DNA of 64,000 nt from Ostreococcus lucimarinus. Its lineage: Eukaryota. Shown piece by piece: positions 27,501 to 37,324 of the stretch. Under the pieces are notes generated by a model. That model was not told where the DNA came from and ran no database searches. It worked only from the letters and a program-made list of their open reading frames with translations. The position numbers and the translations under genes are program-made. Numbering within the stretch: the first letter of the stretch is position 1; every line of letters begins with the position of its first letter. The stretch is taken from the NCBI GenBank assembly GCA_000092065.1, contig CP000583.1, one strand, 5' to 3'.

Positions 27501-30416
27501 CTCACGACGTCTTTTGTTTCGCTTAACGCCGCTATGAAGTCGCTCGCCTCTGAAGGCAATGACGGTGCCTCTATCGTCGGTATGGATGTTGATGAAATTA
27601 AAGCGCGAGTTGCGGCGTACGATCAAGCGAGCGATCCGCGTGCGCACGTCCATCGCGCCGTGCTCGACGCAATTTTCAACCAGTACATTTACAGCGCTCG
27701 TGTCGAAAAGAGATGCGCTGCGTGCGTCTGGTTGCTTTCTCTCGTCACGCACACGAACAACCATCCACGGTTGTTATCGATGCTTCAAGACGTTCAGGAA
27801 GCGTTTGGATCCTTGTTGGGTGATCAGAACGATCTCACACAAGAACTCGCGAGTCGAGGGATGAGCATCTTGTACGACATGGGCGATGAGGTTCAACAGA
27901 AGGAACTTCTCGCTGCGCTGATGGGCACGCTCAACGGCGTCGCGCCAAAGAAGCGTCACATCAAGCTCGACGACAAGGCTGAAGTTTTCGAAGAAGGTAC
28001 CATCGCACTCGATGATAAAGCGTTGAGAAGTGGTGATAGCGATAAGAGTTCTCTCACGACGTACCAGGAGCTTTGCAGCGTCGTAACGGATATAGGGCAG
28101 CCCGACTTGATTTACAAATTCATGGATCTCGCAAACCATCAGCGCGCGATGAATTCATCTCGAGGTGCCGCGTTCGGATTTGCCTCCATCGCGAAGCGCG
28201 CGGGTGATGCTGTGACGCCACACTTGGAGAAGCTCGTGCCAAAACTTTATCGGATGATGCACGATCCGAATCCACAGATGCAAGAGGCAGTCAGAGGCAT
28301 CTGGGTGTCTTTGGTGGATTCGCCAAAGGCAACCGTGGACAAGCACTTTGAAGCCATCATGGATGAGTTATTGCGTGAGTCTGGCAGTCGACTTTGGCGG
28401 ACGCGTCAATCGAGTGCAAGTGCGTTGAGTGAAATATTGTCCGGGCGAACTTTCAAAGAGATCGAACCTTACTTGGAGAAAATTTGGGACGTGTGCCTAC
28501 GCGTCATCGACGACATCAAAGAAACAGTGCGCATATCGGGCGAAGGTTTGTGCCGATCGGTGCGTTCATTGACACTGCGCCTATGCGACGCCCACCACAG
28601 CGGACCAAGTGAAGTCAAGGGAACAATTGGTATCGTTTTGCCAATCATGCTTGAGCGCGGACTACTTTCCACGGTGAAGGAGGTGCAAGCGCTTAGCATG
28701 GATGTCATCATGAAATTGGTCAAGTTTGCCGACGGCGACGCCATCAGACCACACATCGCTGAAATCGTGAAAACGCTGTTAGAATCGCTTTCGGGCATGG
28801 AAGACTCGAGATTGAATTACATCGAACAGCACGCCGCGTCGTTTGGACAGGGAGCAAGTGATAAGTTGGAGGCGATGCGTTTGCGCGCGGCGAAATCAAG
28901 TCCGATGGGCGAGACGCTCGACCTTCTCATGGCGCACATTGACGAAGACGTGATGAAAGAGCTCGTTTCCACTATGAACTCTGTGTTGCGAACGGGCGTG
29001 GGCCTCAATACTCGAGCGGGCGCGGGTCGTTTTCTTCAGCGTTTGTGTATGCGACGCGGTCGACTCGTGCGACCGCACGCCGCGACTCTGTTCAAGATGC
29101 TTTTGGCGTCGGCAGTGAATGACGCATCGGCAGCGGTGCGAACGAGTTTCATCTCCGCCATCGCCGCCATCGCGCGGTACGCCGAAGAGCCCGGAGTCAA
29201 TGCTTTAGCGCAAGAGATCGCACGCTTATTCAAGAGCGACACCGAAACTGAACGTGCTGTTGCGGCGCAGCTTGCACTCGAGCTGTCGCGCAACGCGCCC
29301 GATGCGTTGAGTCCGCAAAAAACTCTTGTTCTTCCCCTCGCTTTCGTCGGCTCCTATGATTCCATCGACGCCGGTAAGAAAAAGTGGAGTGAAGTGTGGG
29401 AAGAAAATTCGGGCGGCGTCTCGGCAAGCCTTCGCGTTTACTTTGACGAAATTCTCGCGATAACATTTGAGTACTTGGCGGCGAAGCAGTGGCAACGCAA
29501 GAAGCAAGGCGCGGAAGTTTTCGCCGCAATATCGCGCGCGTCCGCAGATGTCATCGCGACCAGAGCTGATGATGTGATTACACGACTTTTGGCCGAGCTT
29601 CCTGGACGTATATGGGAAGGGAAGACATCCGTTCTTGATGCGGTGGCGGCATTGACGAGCGCTTGCCCACGACAAATTGACGCGACGGCTGTGGTGGATG
29701 CTTTGCTCACCGAGAGTCAAAGAGCTAAGACTGATTACCGCAAGTCCGCTCTAGATGCTGTTGATGCAGTACTCGTCGCGATTGCGTCAACGGAGAGCGA
29801 TATTGACACGGAAATTATCGCGAAAGTTGTTCCGGTGGTGGAGTGCGCGTTAAAAGCAGCGCCTGCGCCCGTCGATGACATCGACTCTGGCGTCGGTGCC
29901 GCAGGATCTTTGGAACGCCAAAACGAAGCTAAGTACGAGGCCGAGAAGCGTCAGAAATCCCAGTCGATGACAGCGACTGCCGCAACGACCGTTCTCGCGA
30001 CTGTGCTGAATCGCTTCAAATCTCTCGATGCAATTCGTCCGCATGCTTCGCTATGCGCCGAGCTTTGCGTCGCAAGTCTCGATGCGGAGTTAAGCAAAGA
30101 TCGTCGACGCCAAGGTCTGAAGGCAGTCGTCGGCTTGATGCGTATCGTTCGAGATTCGAAAGAATCCGTGGCCTCGTTCGCTGTCGAGCCTCTTCTTGAA
30201 GTCGTCGTCGCTGCCGCCGGCGACTCATCCTCCACGGCGCTTCGGCTCGACGCTATCGAAGCCTTACTCGCGCTCGCGAGCCATACGCCGGTAAAGTCAG
30301 CGGTAGAAGATGCGCTAAAGCAATGCGTAACGAATGACAAATCTCCAGACGTTGTTCGATCCGCCATGCGCGCGAGAGCCGAACTCACGGGAGGTACAGT
30401 CCCGATGACAGCATAG
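24576..30416 (+). CDS. ECM29: Proteasome adaptor ECM29 (ECPAS) homologue, a ~1,946 aa HEAT-repeat protein. It is intronless here.
   Basis: There is extended collinearity with ECM29 (…VPSRYASILASGDAKHE…; …GQPDLIYKFMDLANHQRAMNSSRGAAFGFASIAKRAGD…; …LVPKLYRMMHDPNPQMQEAVRGIWVSLV…; …LRAAKSSPMGETLD…). The ATG at 24576 (MATETDERAS…) is the start. The first ~1 kb of ORF 23559.. runs antisense to the P4H gene and is an artefact. Confidence 0.85.
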   Translation: MATETDERASIERALTSLALTDDAALERVLEKLLPSAIDALATTHPNNVAKIMDLLRHINKRVNATTTIGLPLERMVDAYLTTTNAMVRNFALVYAEKAFERADAETREIQIARACRGASRRSSEQADMVFRMAMQALGELSTRDPRRDVEFLSDDDDRKLFLRRARDFFAYSPNAVGTSARTTPNRLEAHLSALAGASIGVEGAPEGALRAAAEAQREDAERSVEAPTLSAPPSLSPSAVERILGKGKAPPTPVALGKRKLKLLEYIASAEVLDPVPDIDMDDAGVDDGVEKERETKSRFLVSGAEMLTHCLIASCDGDHEVSKRGEELLKRRCTWETNKPIVNLDDGATTSELFQLFLGSSLDVPVESRILPASPAVKLKIMNLLTRSMAAADAFPKNLETVKMCLYGDGTTTRLKACGMQFTVWMLTHATSKELLAFAPSLMNGMLEILDSRTDGSNEGDQTVTFAQETLRGFCYQALSQLAERDKVSVNRDVLLAERVFDALESEPDGVKSYVQEAARTLVSAYRDSPSTYVQTRMEELILSAIEDNDNKVKRLVGAQWATEMFPFSHVPSRYASILASGDAKHEMQTLGRRGLQPSATRKTKDDAVLHIERWDGCDREVTARSWVDENAMFVDLTSDHYRYMEYLAFCRGETPRVLEKHPPASSLLRYLVIKLPGLNVDPALHAALLLPENAMISALDFVNACLKSDYSKSRKLEANDVKLYLNFLNRCLVKSSGPALASEALRSFIDLLEREPALLSEKATADAILVRLRHFVSHTDAETRRRAAKLCGVLVGNLEADARVPFMDEFLSLCKGDERGARLEHQEGALSATGYIVGSGKIPDVDALRAIQTFVDLAKKVGKGQSAEANLASVAAEAIGHAGLRKPLHADIIEDALDAVCGVLQNTDPHVAKLGARAAGHIMLTDASESTASALLPRLLAMCEVKHDDTQFAIGEAVACAWGGVDVDADRVLTTSFVSLNAAMKSLASEGNDGASIVGMDVDEIKARVAAYDQASDPRAHVHRAVLDAIFNQYIYSARVEKRCAACVWLLSLVTHTNNHPRLLSMLQDVQEAFGSLLGDQNDLTQELASRGMSILYDMGDEVQQKELLAALMGTLNGVAPKKRHIKLDDKAEVFEEGTIALDDKALRSGDSDKSSLTTYQELCSVVTDIGQPDLIYKFMDLANHQRAMNSSRGAAFGFASIAKRAGDAVTPHLEKLVPKLYRMMHDPNPQMQEAVRGIWVSLVDSPKATVDKHFEAIMDELLRESGSRLWRTRQSSASALSEILSGRTFKEIEPYLEKIWDVCLRVIDDIKETVRISGEGLCRSVRSLTLRLCDAHHSGPSEVKGTIGIVLPIMLERGLLSTVKEVQALSMDVIMKLVKFADGDAIRPHIAEIVKTLLESLSGMEDSRLNYIEQHAASFGQGASDKLEAMRLRAAKSSPMGETLDLLMAHIDEDVMKELVSTMNSVLRTGVGLNTRAGAGRFLQRLCMRRGRLVRPHAATLFKMLLASAVNDASAAVRTSFISAIAAIARYAEEPGVNALAQEIARLFKSDTETERAVAAQLALELSRNAPDALSPQKTLVLPLAFVGSYDSIDAGKKKWSEVWEENSGGVSASLRVYFDEILAITFEYLAAKQWQRKKQGAEVFAAISRASADVIATRADDVITRLLAELPGRIWEGKTSVLDAVAALTSACPRQIDATAVVDALLTESQRAKTDYRKSALDAVDAVLVAIASTESDIDTEIIAKVVPVVECALKAAPAPVDDIDSGVGAAGSLERQNEAKYEAEKRQKSQSMTATAATTVLATVLNRFKSLDAIRPHASLCAELCVASLDAELSKDRRRQGLKAVVGLMRIVRDSKESVASFAVEPLLEVVVAAAGDSSSTALRLDAIEALLALASHTPVKSAVEDALKQCVTNDKSPDVVRSAMRARAELTGGTVPMTA

Positions 30417-30459
30417 CGCAAAAAGGAGCTTGCTCCGTGTAAATTACTACAACGATGAA

Positions 30460-31020
30460 TTAAATGTTCGGCAATACGAACGTCACGAGACTGACGAATC
30501 CGATGAGCAAGATGAGCGCGTTCCAAACTCCCGCCTGCACCCCCATCATGGTGAAGTTGGCCACCATGCCCGAGACCTCGCGCTTTTCGTCATCCGTCAA
30601 GTTGGCGTTGTCCACGATGCTCGACGTCACCACGTCTTTCCGCCCCTCCCAAAACTGTTCCTCTTCTGCCTTCGCTTGCACGTACGTCGCCAAATCATCG
30701 AGCGTATTCTCCAGTTTTCGCACGGCGTCTTCGTCGTCTTCGCTCGGTGCTCGACCCTCAAGCGCGTCTTGGTACAGCTGCAGCGCCTTGAGATCGTTCC
30801 GGTTCCCCGCCACCACGCGACGAATGGTCGGCATCTTCGTGTTCATCGCCTTCAAGTCGTCCGTGAGCGTTTTCGCGCGTTCGATGAGGGCGTCGGTCGT
30901 GACTTGGGCGCGAATGACGGATCGCGAGCGGGACGGATAAGCCGCGCGGCGCGAGGCGGCGACGGTCGTGCGCCCGGAGACTTGCGCTGGCGTCATCGTT
31001 CGCGCGAACGACGCGTGCAT
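30460..31020 (-). CDS. Hypothetical tail-anchored membrane protein (N-terminal transit-peptide-like region, coiled-coil middle, single C-terminal TM helix).
   Basis: The 186 aa ORF ends in a C-terminal hydrophobic segment …VWNALILLIGFVSLVTFVLPNI, with an acidic/coiled segment before it. No family is assigned. Confidence 0.45.
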   Translation of the reverse strand: MHASFARTMTPAQVSGRTTVAASRRAAYPSRSRSVIRAQVTTDALIERAKTLTDDLKAMNTKMPTIRRVVAGNRNDLKALQLYQDALEGRAPSEDDEDAVRKLENTLDDLATYVQAKAEEEQFWEGRKDVVTSSIVDNANLTDDEKREVSGMVANFTMMGVQAGVWNALILLIGFVSLVTFVLPNI

Positions 31021-31104
31021 CGTTATTCGACTACGAGCGTCGATGGCGCGATCGTGAGCGCGCGCTGGGAAGTGCCGCGCGTGGGGCTCCGCTCTGGCTC
31101 ATCA

Positions 31105-31779
31105 TCAGGCGACGTCGTCCGCCTGAAGCGTCGCTTCAGAATCCTCTAAAAACCGCCCCGACGCCCATCCAGAGTAATGACACCTCCACGTCCCGTCGTC
31201 ATAAGCGTCTACGACGCACTCGGCGAAGTTTCCGACGCCGCGTCGCATCTGGCACAGACGCTTTTCCTCGCGGTTGGCGCCGCCGGCGAACAGCCGACCG
31301 AGCACGCCGCCGTGCGTCACGGCGATGATCTTCTTTCCGGCGTAGTTTCCCGTGCTTACTGTTTGGAAAAACGCGCTCAATCGCGCGTCCACTCCCGCGC
31401 TCGACTCACCGCCGCCGGGCACGGCGGCGTTGCGGTCGCGCGACTTCCACACCTTGAATGCCGAAGGCACCGACGTCGCGAGCGAAGCCCTCTCGAGTCC
31501 TTGCAAGTCTCCCAAGTGACGCTCTCTCAGGTTCGCGTCTTCGATGAGCGCCAAGTCCAGGGCGTCTGCGATCGCCCGCCCGGTGACGCTGGCGCGGCGG
31601 AGGTCGCTGCTAAACACCGCGACGGCGTCGTCGTGCGCAGCGGCAGCTCTCGGCGCCGCGAGCGCAACTTGTTCGAGTCCGGTTTCGTCAAGCGGTGGGT
31701 CCAGTTGGCCTTGTATTGAGTGTCGAGCGTTGAACTCCGACTGCGCGTGCCTGAAAAAGACGACTCTGGTCGACGGCAT
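31105..31779 (-). CDS. Histidine phosphatase (phosphoglycerate mutase-like) family protein.
   Basis: The catalytic motif RHAQSEFN (RHG-type) is near the N-terminus, with a second His region …IIAVTHGGVLGRL…; the product is 224 aa. Confidence 0.75.
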   Translation of the reverse strand: MPSTRVVFFRHAQSEFNARHSIQGQLDPPLDETGLEQVALAAPRAAAAHDDAVAVFSSDLRRASVTGRAIADALDLALIEDANLRERHLGDLQGLERASLATSVPSAFKVWKSRDRNAAVPGGGESSAGVDARLSAFFQTVSTGNYAGKKIIAVTHGGVLGRLFAGGANREEKRLCQMRRGVGNFAECVVDAYDDGTWRCHYSGWASGRFLEDSEATLQADDVA

Positions 31780-31900
31780 GCCCGGTTGTGAGGTGGTGAG
31801 CTTGATTGATTCGATAACTGTCAGTTTTCATTTTCAACTCGTTTTGTGATTGTCGTGCGAGCTAAGAGCAGATTCAAGAGCATGGGATTCTACGAACGCG

Positions 31901-34009
31901 TTAGAACTGCACGTACAGGTCGCGATCGGCGTTCATTTCCTGAACCAACTCGACCGCCTCCGTGAGGGCGACTTCGCCGAATTTGGTCAAGTAGTTGTTG
32001 TTGATGGAGAGCGTTTGCAAGGAACCGTCTGCATTGTTCTTGATCGCCTGCGCCAGAGCGAAAGCGCCCTTGTCCTTGATTTCGTTGTAACCGAGGTCGA
32101 GGTTGGTCAATACTTCGTTGACGACGCCGAGCGACTGCGCGAGCGCCGCAACGCCGTCGTCGCCAAGGTCGTTGCCGCGCAAATCCAACACCGCGAGCGA
32201 GCTCGAGTACTTGATCGCATCCGCGAATGCGAAGCCGCCTTCCTTGCCAATTTTACACCAGCCCATACGCATGGTATTTAATTTACCATGAAATTTCACC
32301 GTCTCTGCGAGAGCCTTGCCACCGGGGACACCGATCGGGTTGTACCCGAGTTCGAGCGTCACCAAGGATTCGTTGTCTCGCAACGCTTCAGCAAGCTTCT
32401 CGGCGCCGAAAGCGCCGATGTTGTTCCCACCGATATCAAGAAGCTCTATCTTCTTGTTATCTTTGAGCGATTCGGCGACAGCGGCGCAGCCGTCGTTTGC
32501 GAGCTCGTTCATGTACAGGTTGAGATGCGTCAACGCGTCGTCGTCCTTGAGATAATCGCGAAGCGCCGGTCCTGCTTCGGGGCCGATGGAGTTGTTGCCG
32601 AGGTCCAAGTTGTTAATTTTATCTTTGCGCGCCGCCAGTCCCTCACAGAGCTTGATGCAACCTTCGTTGCCTATGTCGTTTCCGTTCAATTGGAGAGAGC
32701 GCAACCCAGTGTTCTCCTTGAACGCGGCGCCGAGCGCCGCGGCGCCGAGAGTGCCGACGTAGTTGCCGCTCAGAGCGAGCAACTCCACCGTGCTATTCTG
32801 CGCAAACGCCTGAGCGAGCGCGCCTGAACCTTCGTAATCGACCATATTGTTGTTCATCTCGAGGGAAGTGATGGTGGTGTTCGTCTTGAGCGCCTCGGCG
32901 ATTGCCCTGGCGCCTTCGTCGCCGATCGAGCACGCGTTCAAGTTGATGGTTGTAATCTTTTCATCCGTCTTGAGATAGTCCGCCAACACCTTCGCACCTT
33001 CGTCGCCCAGCGAGTTACTCGCGAGCGACAACATCGTCAGCGTGTCGTTACACTTCAGCGCCTCGCAAAGCGCCGTGACGCCCTCGACGCCGATGCCGTT
33101 CGCGCTCATGTCCACGCACGTAGCCACGTTATTGTACGCGAACGCTTCGGCGATGAAGCACGTACCTTCGTCACCGAGATTCTTACCACTCGCGTCGACT
33201 GTTTGCACCCGTCGCAGTTCGTCCATGACGTCGCGAAGCATGCGCTTGGCTTCGCGCGTGATGATCTTCTTCTGTTGTTGCTGCTGCTTCGGCGCCACGG
33301 ACACCGGCCCGTCCATACCGTCCTCTCCAACTCCACTCGCGACCGGGACGTCATCGCTCGTCGCGCCCATGGACGGCATACCGCCATCGAACGCGCCGCG
33401 GTCCCCAGGCGACGATGCCTTCCCCCCGCCGCCCTTCAACTTCGTCCACGCAAAGTACCCGACGACGGCGAGCGCCGCGCCCGCCGCGCCGACGACGGTC
33501 ATATCCACCTCCATCGCCGTCCCCGCACCGCCGCTTCGCTGACCGACCGTCGCCTTCTTCTTTTTCGCGCCCGATCGCTTCTTTTTCCCTCCCGCGGATT
33601 TCGTCTTCTTCCCGCTCGCGCTCGCGCCGCTCGCCGCGCTCGGCGCCAGCGCGTTCGCGTCCGCCGGCGCCGACGTCTCTCGCCCCATCTCGCCCTCGCC
33701 CGTCGCCTCCGTCGCCGTCGCGCCATCACCGACGTCCGCGTCGCCCGACGACGCGTCCGCGTCGCGCGCGACGTCCGTCGTCGCGCTCGCGTCCCCGCTC
33801 GCATTCGTCGTCCCCGAGGTTTCCGCGCCGTCTCTTCCGTCACTGTTCGCGCCGTTCGCGCCCGCCGTCGCGCGCGCCGCCGCGCATCGACGCGCGATCG
33901 CGCGTCCGACCGGTCGCGCGCGCGCGCGCGCGTCGAGCGCCGCGCGCGACGCGACGCGACGCGCGCATTTCGCCGAGGAAAACCTCGCGGTCGACGGGGA
34001 CGTCGCCAT
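31901..34009 (-). CDS. RNI-like leucine-rich-repeat protein (ribonuclease-inhibitor / NLRC3-type LRRs) with an N-terminal low-complexity region and a predicted TM/anchor segment.
   Basis: At least 12 LRRs of the xLxLxxNxIGDEGAxALAEALKxN type make up the C-terminal ~430 aa. The N-terminus carries (K/G)-rich and hydrophobic (VVGAAGAALAVVGYFAW) segments. The exact start codon is uncertain. Confidence 0.7.
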   Translation of the reverse strand: MATSPSTARFSSAKCARRVASRAALDARARARPVGRAIARRCAAARATAGANGANSDGRDGAETSGTTNASGDASATTDVARDADASSGDADVGDGATATEATGEGEMGRETSAPADANALAPSAASGASASGKKTKSAGGKKKRSGAKKKKATVGQRSGGAGTAMEVDMTVVGAAGAALAVVGYFAWTKLKGGGGKASSPGDRGAFDGGMPSMGATSDDVPVASGVGEDGMDGPVSVAPKQQQQQKKIITREAKRMLRDVMDELRRVQTVDASGKNLGDEGTCFIAEAFAYNNVATCVDMSANGIGVEGVTALCEALKCNDTLTMLSLASNSLGDEGAKVLADYLKTDEKITTINLNACSIGDEGARAIAEALKTNTTITSLEMNNNMVDYEGSGALAQAFAQNSTVELLALSGNYVGTLGAAALGAAFKENTGLRSLQLNGNDIGNEGCIKLCEGLAARKDKINNLDLGNNSIGPEAGPALRDYLKDDDALTHLNLYMNELANDGCAAVAESLKDNKKIELLDIGGNNIGAFGAEKLAEALRDNESLVTLELGYNPIGVPGGKALAETVKFHGKLNTMRMGWCKIGKEGGFAFADAIKYSSSLAVLDLRGNDLGDDGVAALAQSLGVVNEVLTNLDLGYNEIKDKGAFALAQAIKNNADGSLQTLSINNNYLTKFGEVALTEAVELVQEMNADRDLYVQF

Positions 34010-34182
34010 CGCGACGCGTCCGCGCGTCCGCGCGTCCGCGCGCGTCGACGATCGCGCGCGCGGTGGCCTCGCGCTTCGTGCGCGCGCGATTCGAGCGCGA
34101 TTCGAGCGTCGCCGTCGTCGCGCGGCGCGACGATGAGTGCGGGACGGCGCGTCGGCGTCGACACAAATCGTCTCGCGCGCGA

Positions 34183-35616
34183 ATGGCGCGCGGACGCGCG
34201 CGCGTCGATCGCCGCGCGCTGGCGCTCGCGGTGTGCGTCGCGGCGTCGAGCGTCGCGCGCGGGCGCGCGGCGGTCGACGCGCGCGCGGCGGCGTCGAGAT
34301 GGTTGGACGACGCCATCGCGCGGGGCGGTGTCGACCTCATCGACGGCGCGCGCGTCGCGGACGAACGCGCGGGGAGCGATCGACTCGGACTCGCGCTGAC
34401 GCACGCGCCGGTAGAACGCATGGAGGCGTACGCGCGCGTGCGGTGGAACGAGACGCTGCATCCGTCGAGGTACGACGCGACGGCGCCGGGCGGATTGGGC
34501 TCGGCGTTGGCGTCGATGCGGAGCGAGCACGGGAACGACGATAAGATGGCGCTGATCGTGTGCTTATTGTATGAGCGGTATGAATTGGGCGATCGAAGCG
34601 CGTTCGCGGAATATTTCAGGACGATGCCGGGGGAATTCGATACGCCGACGCACTGGAGCGACGACACGGCGAAGGAGTTGCGCGGGAGCGATACGTACGA
34701 GGTGGACATCGTGGATGAGTACAAGTTGTTGAATACGGTGTGGAACGCGCTACGCGTGCGAGTGTTTGACGTTTACACGGATGTTTTCGTCGGGAAAGCG
34801 GCGAGATCGTTGTACGCGTTGCGGTGGGCGTGGACGGTGGCGCACGCGCGAGCGACGCGGGTGAGCGGCAAGGATGGGTTGGCGCTCGTTCCGGTGATTG
34901 ATATGATTCGAGAGTGCGGCAAAGATGTTGATGCTGATAAAACTGACATCGTCGATGACGAGGGATTCGCGGTGTACGATCCACACGCGGATGAGGTGGT
35001 GGTGTACGCGAAGCGAGACTACGCTCCGGGCGAAGAACTTTGCGAGCGATTCGGCGGCTGGAACAATGGCGAGTCGGTGCAGCATCTCGGGTACTTACCA
35101 GACGTGCATACAAACTCAACGCGTAATTGTGTGTTGATGGTTCTCACGCCAGAGAAGAAAAGAAACGAAGAGAAGGTTCGCAAGGCTGGTTTTGACGTCC
35201 CCTGGCGCGTTTGCGTACCGTCTGCGGCGAGCGAGTCGTCTTTGGACATGCTCTCGGCGTATGCCGAGCTCGCGAGTGGTCGTGCCGTGGAGATCGGTGG
35301 CGATGGTGTGCCTAAGAATGTTCGTCGTGACGGTGTACGAGATGTCCTACTAGCGCGTCTCAAACGCTACCCGACTTCGCTCGAGCAAGACGACGCCGCG
35401 CTCTCGACGATGCGTGATTCCATGCGAGAATTCGCCGCCGCACTCGAGCGAGATGACATGCAACTTCTCGAGCGCGAGCGCGTTCGAGAAAAACTCAGAG
35501 ACATGCGTCGGAGCGCGCTGGCAGTGGAACTTCGCGTGCGCGAAAAGACCATCCTCAACGCTCTCATAGATAGAGTAGCGCCCGCCGCGGATGAACTCGT
35601 CAAGGATGAGCTGTAG
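34183..35616 (+). CDS. SET-domain lysine methyltransferase of the Rubisco-LSMT/SETD3 type (SET + Rubis-subs-bind-like C-terminal region), with a transit-peptide-like N-terminus.
   Basis: Diagnostic blocks: …GLALVPVIDMIRECG…, …VYAKRDYAPGEELCERFGGW…. The ATG at 34183 is in frame within ORF 33415..35616, whose upstream part is low-complexity. Confidence 0.7.
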   Translation: MARGRARVDRRALALAVCVAASSVARGRAAVDARAAASRWLDDAIARGGVDLIDGARVADERAGSDRLGLALTHAPVERMEAYARVRWNETLHPSRYDATAPGGLGSALASMRSEHGNDDKMALIVCLLYERYELGDRSAFAEYFRTMPGEFDTPTHWSDDTAKELRGSDTYEVDIVDEYKLLNTVWNALRVRVFDVYTDVFVGKAARSLYALRWAWTVAHARATRVSGKDGLALVPVIDMIRECGKDVDADKTDIVDDEGFAVYDPHADEVVVYAKRDYAPGEELCERFGGWNNGESVQHLGYLPDVHTNSTRNCVLMVLTPEKKRNEEKVRKAGFDVPWRVCVPSAASESSLDMLSAYAELASGRAVEIGGDGVPKNVRRDGVRDVLLARLKRYPTSLEQDDAALSTMRDSMREFAAALERDDMQLLERERVREKLRDMRRSALAVELRVREKTILNALIDRVAPAADELVKDEL

Positions 35617-35947
35617 CTCTGATGTAAACGAAGGAAGTTCAAATAGATTGATCGCCGCTTGTTTGTTGTTACAAAACGTTGATAAATCGCAAACGGTGTG
35701 GTCGAGCGGATGAGATGGCGTAGACATCAGGCCGCCAAAAATAATAATGTTTTCATGTTCAAGAGAAGTGTGACTGATGACACACTTCTTTGGAAAATGG
35801 GTAGAAAATACAAAATGTGAACAGTTGGATAAATGAGAAAGACTTCAAGCGATCGTGAGTGCCTTTCGGGACAAAATAAATGTTGAAATCGGGTGCTGTG
35901 GAAGCCATGACACATATGGTACAAAAGCGCTGAGGTGGAAAAGTCTC

Positions 35948-36967
35948 TCACTTCTTGGACACTTGGCAAAGCTTTTGGATGTACTGCACGCTGGTGACAT
36001 TATGATCAGCGACGGATCGTGTACCAAACTCGACGATGCCATCGTCCAATGGGACACCGATGACGGTTCGAATGTTGGCTTGCTCGGCTTGACGCTTGCG
36101 TTGGAAGCTCCACGCCGGCAACTGGCGAATGTCTTCGTGCCACTCGTAGTTTCCGGTGTAGCCAATCCTTCCTGGCATCCCAAAACCCATACTGAAGCGC
36201 TTAAACATCGTGAATGACGTGTCCACGAATAAACTTATCCCGCTCGCGTCTGGTATGCACACTCGAGACACGCACGTGAGCGACTTCTTGTCTTCGTCAA
36301 ACTCCCAAAACAACCCATAGTCGAAGCCCTTGGCTTCGCACACGAATCGCATACGCATCTCCATCGAGCTCGTACTCGCACAGCGTTCAAGTGGATTGAC
36401 CAAAGGTCCGTCGCGATGAAACATCGACATCGCTTCGTCGAGCAACCGATCGATTTGTTGCCTTGACCCGCTCCTCGTCAAATCCGCGCTCGCCATCGTT
36501 TGCGCGCTCGTCTGAGACTCTCGCGCGCTATTCATGAAATCCGTCATGCTTTCCACGCGTTTATTATTCGCCGCATCCATTCGGTTATCGTCATCTTCCA
36601 AGCTTCCATCCTCACTCTCAAACGACCCAAACGTCCCCGTCGTCTCGAGCGCGCTGTCCGGCGACACGTGCCTTCGCTCCGAAGACGCGTCCGTCTTCGC
36701 CGCGAGCGCACTCTTCTGCCCTCCTCGCGCCTCATTCCCTCTCACGCGCGTGTCATCACTCGAACGAACCGAAAGACTCTGCAGCATCGCCCCCGGATGA
36801 CTCACCAGCGGGTGTTCTTGCGCGTCCCTCTCGCGCGCTCGAGGACCAATGTCCAACGTGGCGCTCGTTCGTCGAGTCAGCTCGTCCCTCGACGCCATCT
36901 CGCGCTCGATCACCGCCTGAACGCTTGCGATCGCTCGCGCGATATCCAAGCCACCGATCACGATCAC
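35948..36967 (-). CDS. Protein with a bHLH-MYC/MYB_N-type N-terminal interaction domain. No bHLH was detected.
   Basis: Motif order and spacing parallel plant MYC/GL3 N-terminal domains: …FDYGLFWEF… (cf. WTYAIFWQ), …FGMPGRIGYTGNYEW… (cf. LPGKAF…W), …IRTVIGVPLDDGIVEFGTRSV… (cf. IQTIVCIP-NGVVELGS). Confidence 0.55.
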   Translation of the reverse strand: MIVIGGLDIARAIASVQAVIEREMASRDELTRRTSATLDIGPRARERDAQEHPLVSHPGAMLQSLSVRSSDDTRVRGNEARGGQKSALAAKTDASSERRHVSPDSALETTGTFGSFESEDGSLEDDDNRMDAANNKRVESMTDFMNSARESQTSAQTMASADLTRSGSRQQIDRLLDEAMSMFHRDGPLVNPLERCASTSSMEMRMRFVCEAKGFDYGLFWEFDEDKKSLTCVSRVCIPDASGISLFVDTSFTMFKRFSMGFGMPGRIGYTGNYEWHEDIRQLPAWSFQRKRQAEQANIRTVIGVPLDDGIVEFGTRSVADHNVTSVQYIQKLCQVSKK

Positions 36968-37308
36968 TCGATCGACGCAGTTCGCGTCGCGCGCGCGCGC
37001 ACCGTCGACGGCTCGCGATCGCCCTCGCGGGTGTTTCGCGGGACGTCACGCGGGATTCGACGATTCTCGCGCTTCACGCTGCGATCGACGCGTTCGAGCG
37101 CGCGCGAAGCGTCACGCGCGGTCGATGGAAAGTCGTGCGCTCGTCGCGCGCGCGTGGGCGGCGGACGGGCGTCGCGCGCGCGCGCGCGGCGGTGTCGCGT
37201 CACGCGCGGGTGTCGGGGACAGCGCGGCGATAACGTTCGTGCGATAAACAAATTTGATGCCTGTTTGGGCATTTGTAATACGGTGTTTGTCGCGCGTCGA
37301 AATACCCG

Positions 37309-37324
37309 AAAAAGTGCACTTTTT
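37309..37324. promoter_or_regulatory. Perfect 16-bp palindrome AAAAAGTGCACTTTTT, extended by a direct repeat (GCACTTTTT)x2, in the 5' flank of the MYC_N-domain gene.
   Basis: This is an AT-rich island in otherwise GC-rich DNA, ~340 bp upstream of the ATG at 36967 on the minus strand. The palindrome is self-complementary across the central GTGCAC. Confidence 0.35.
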
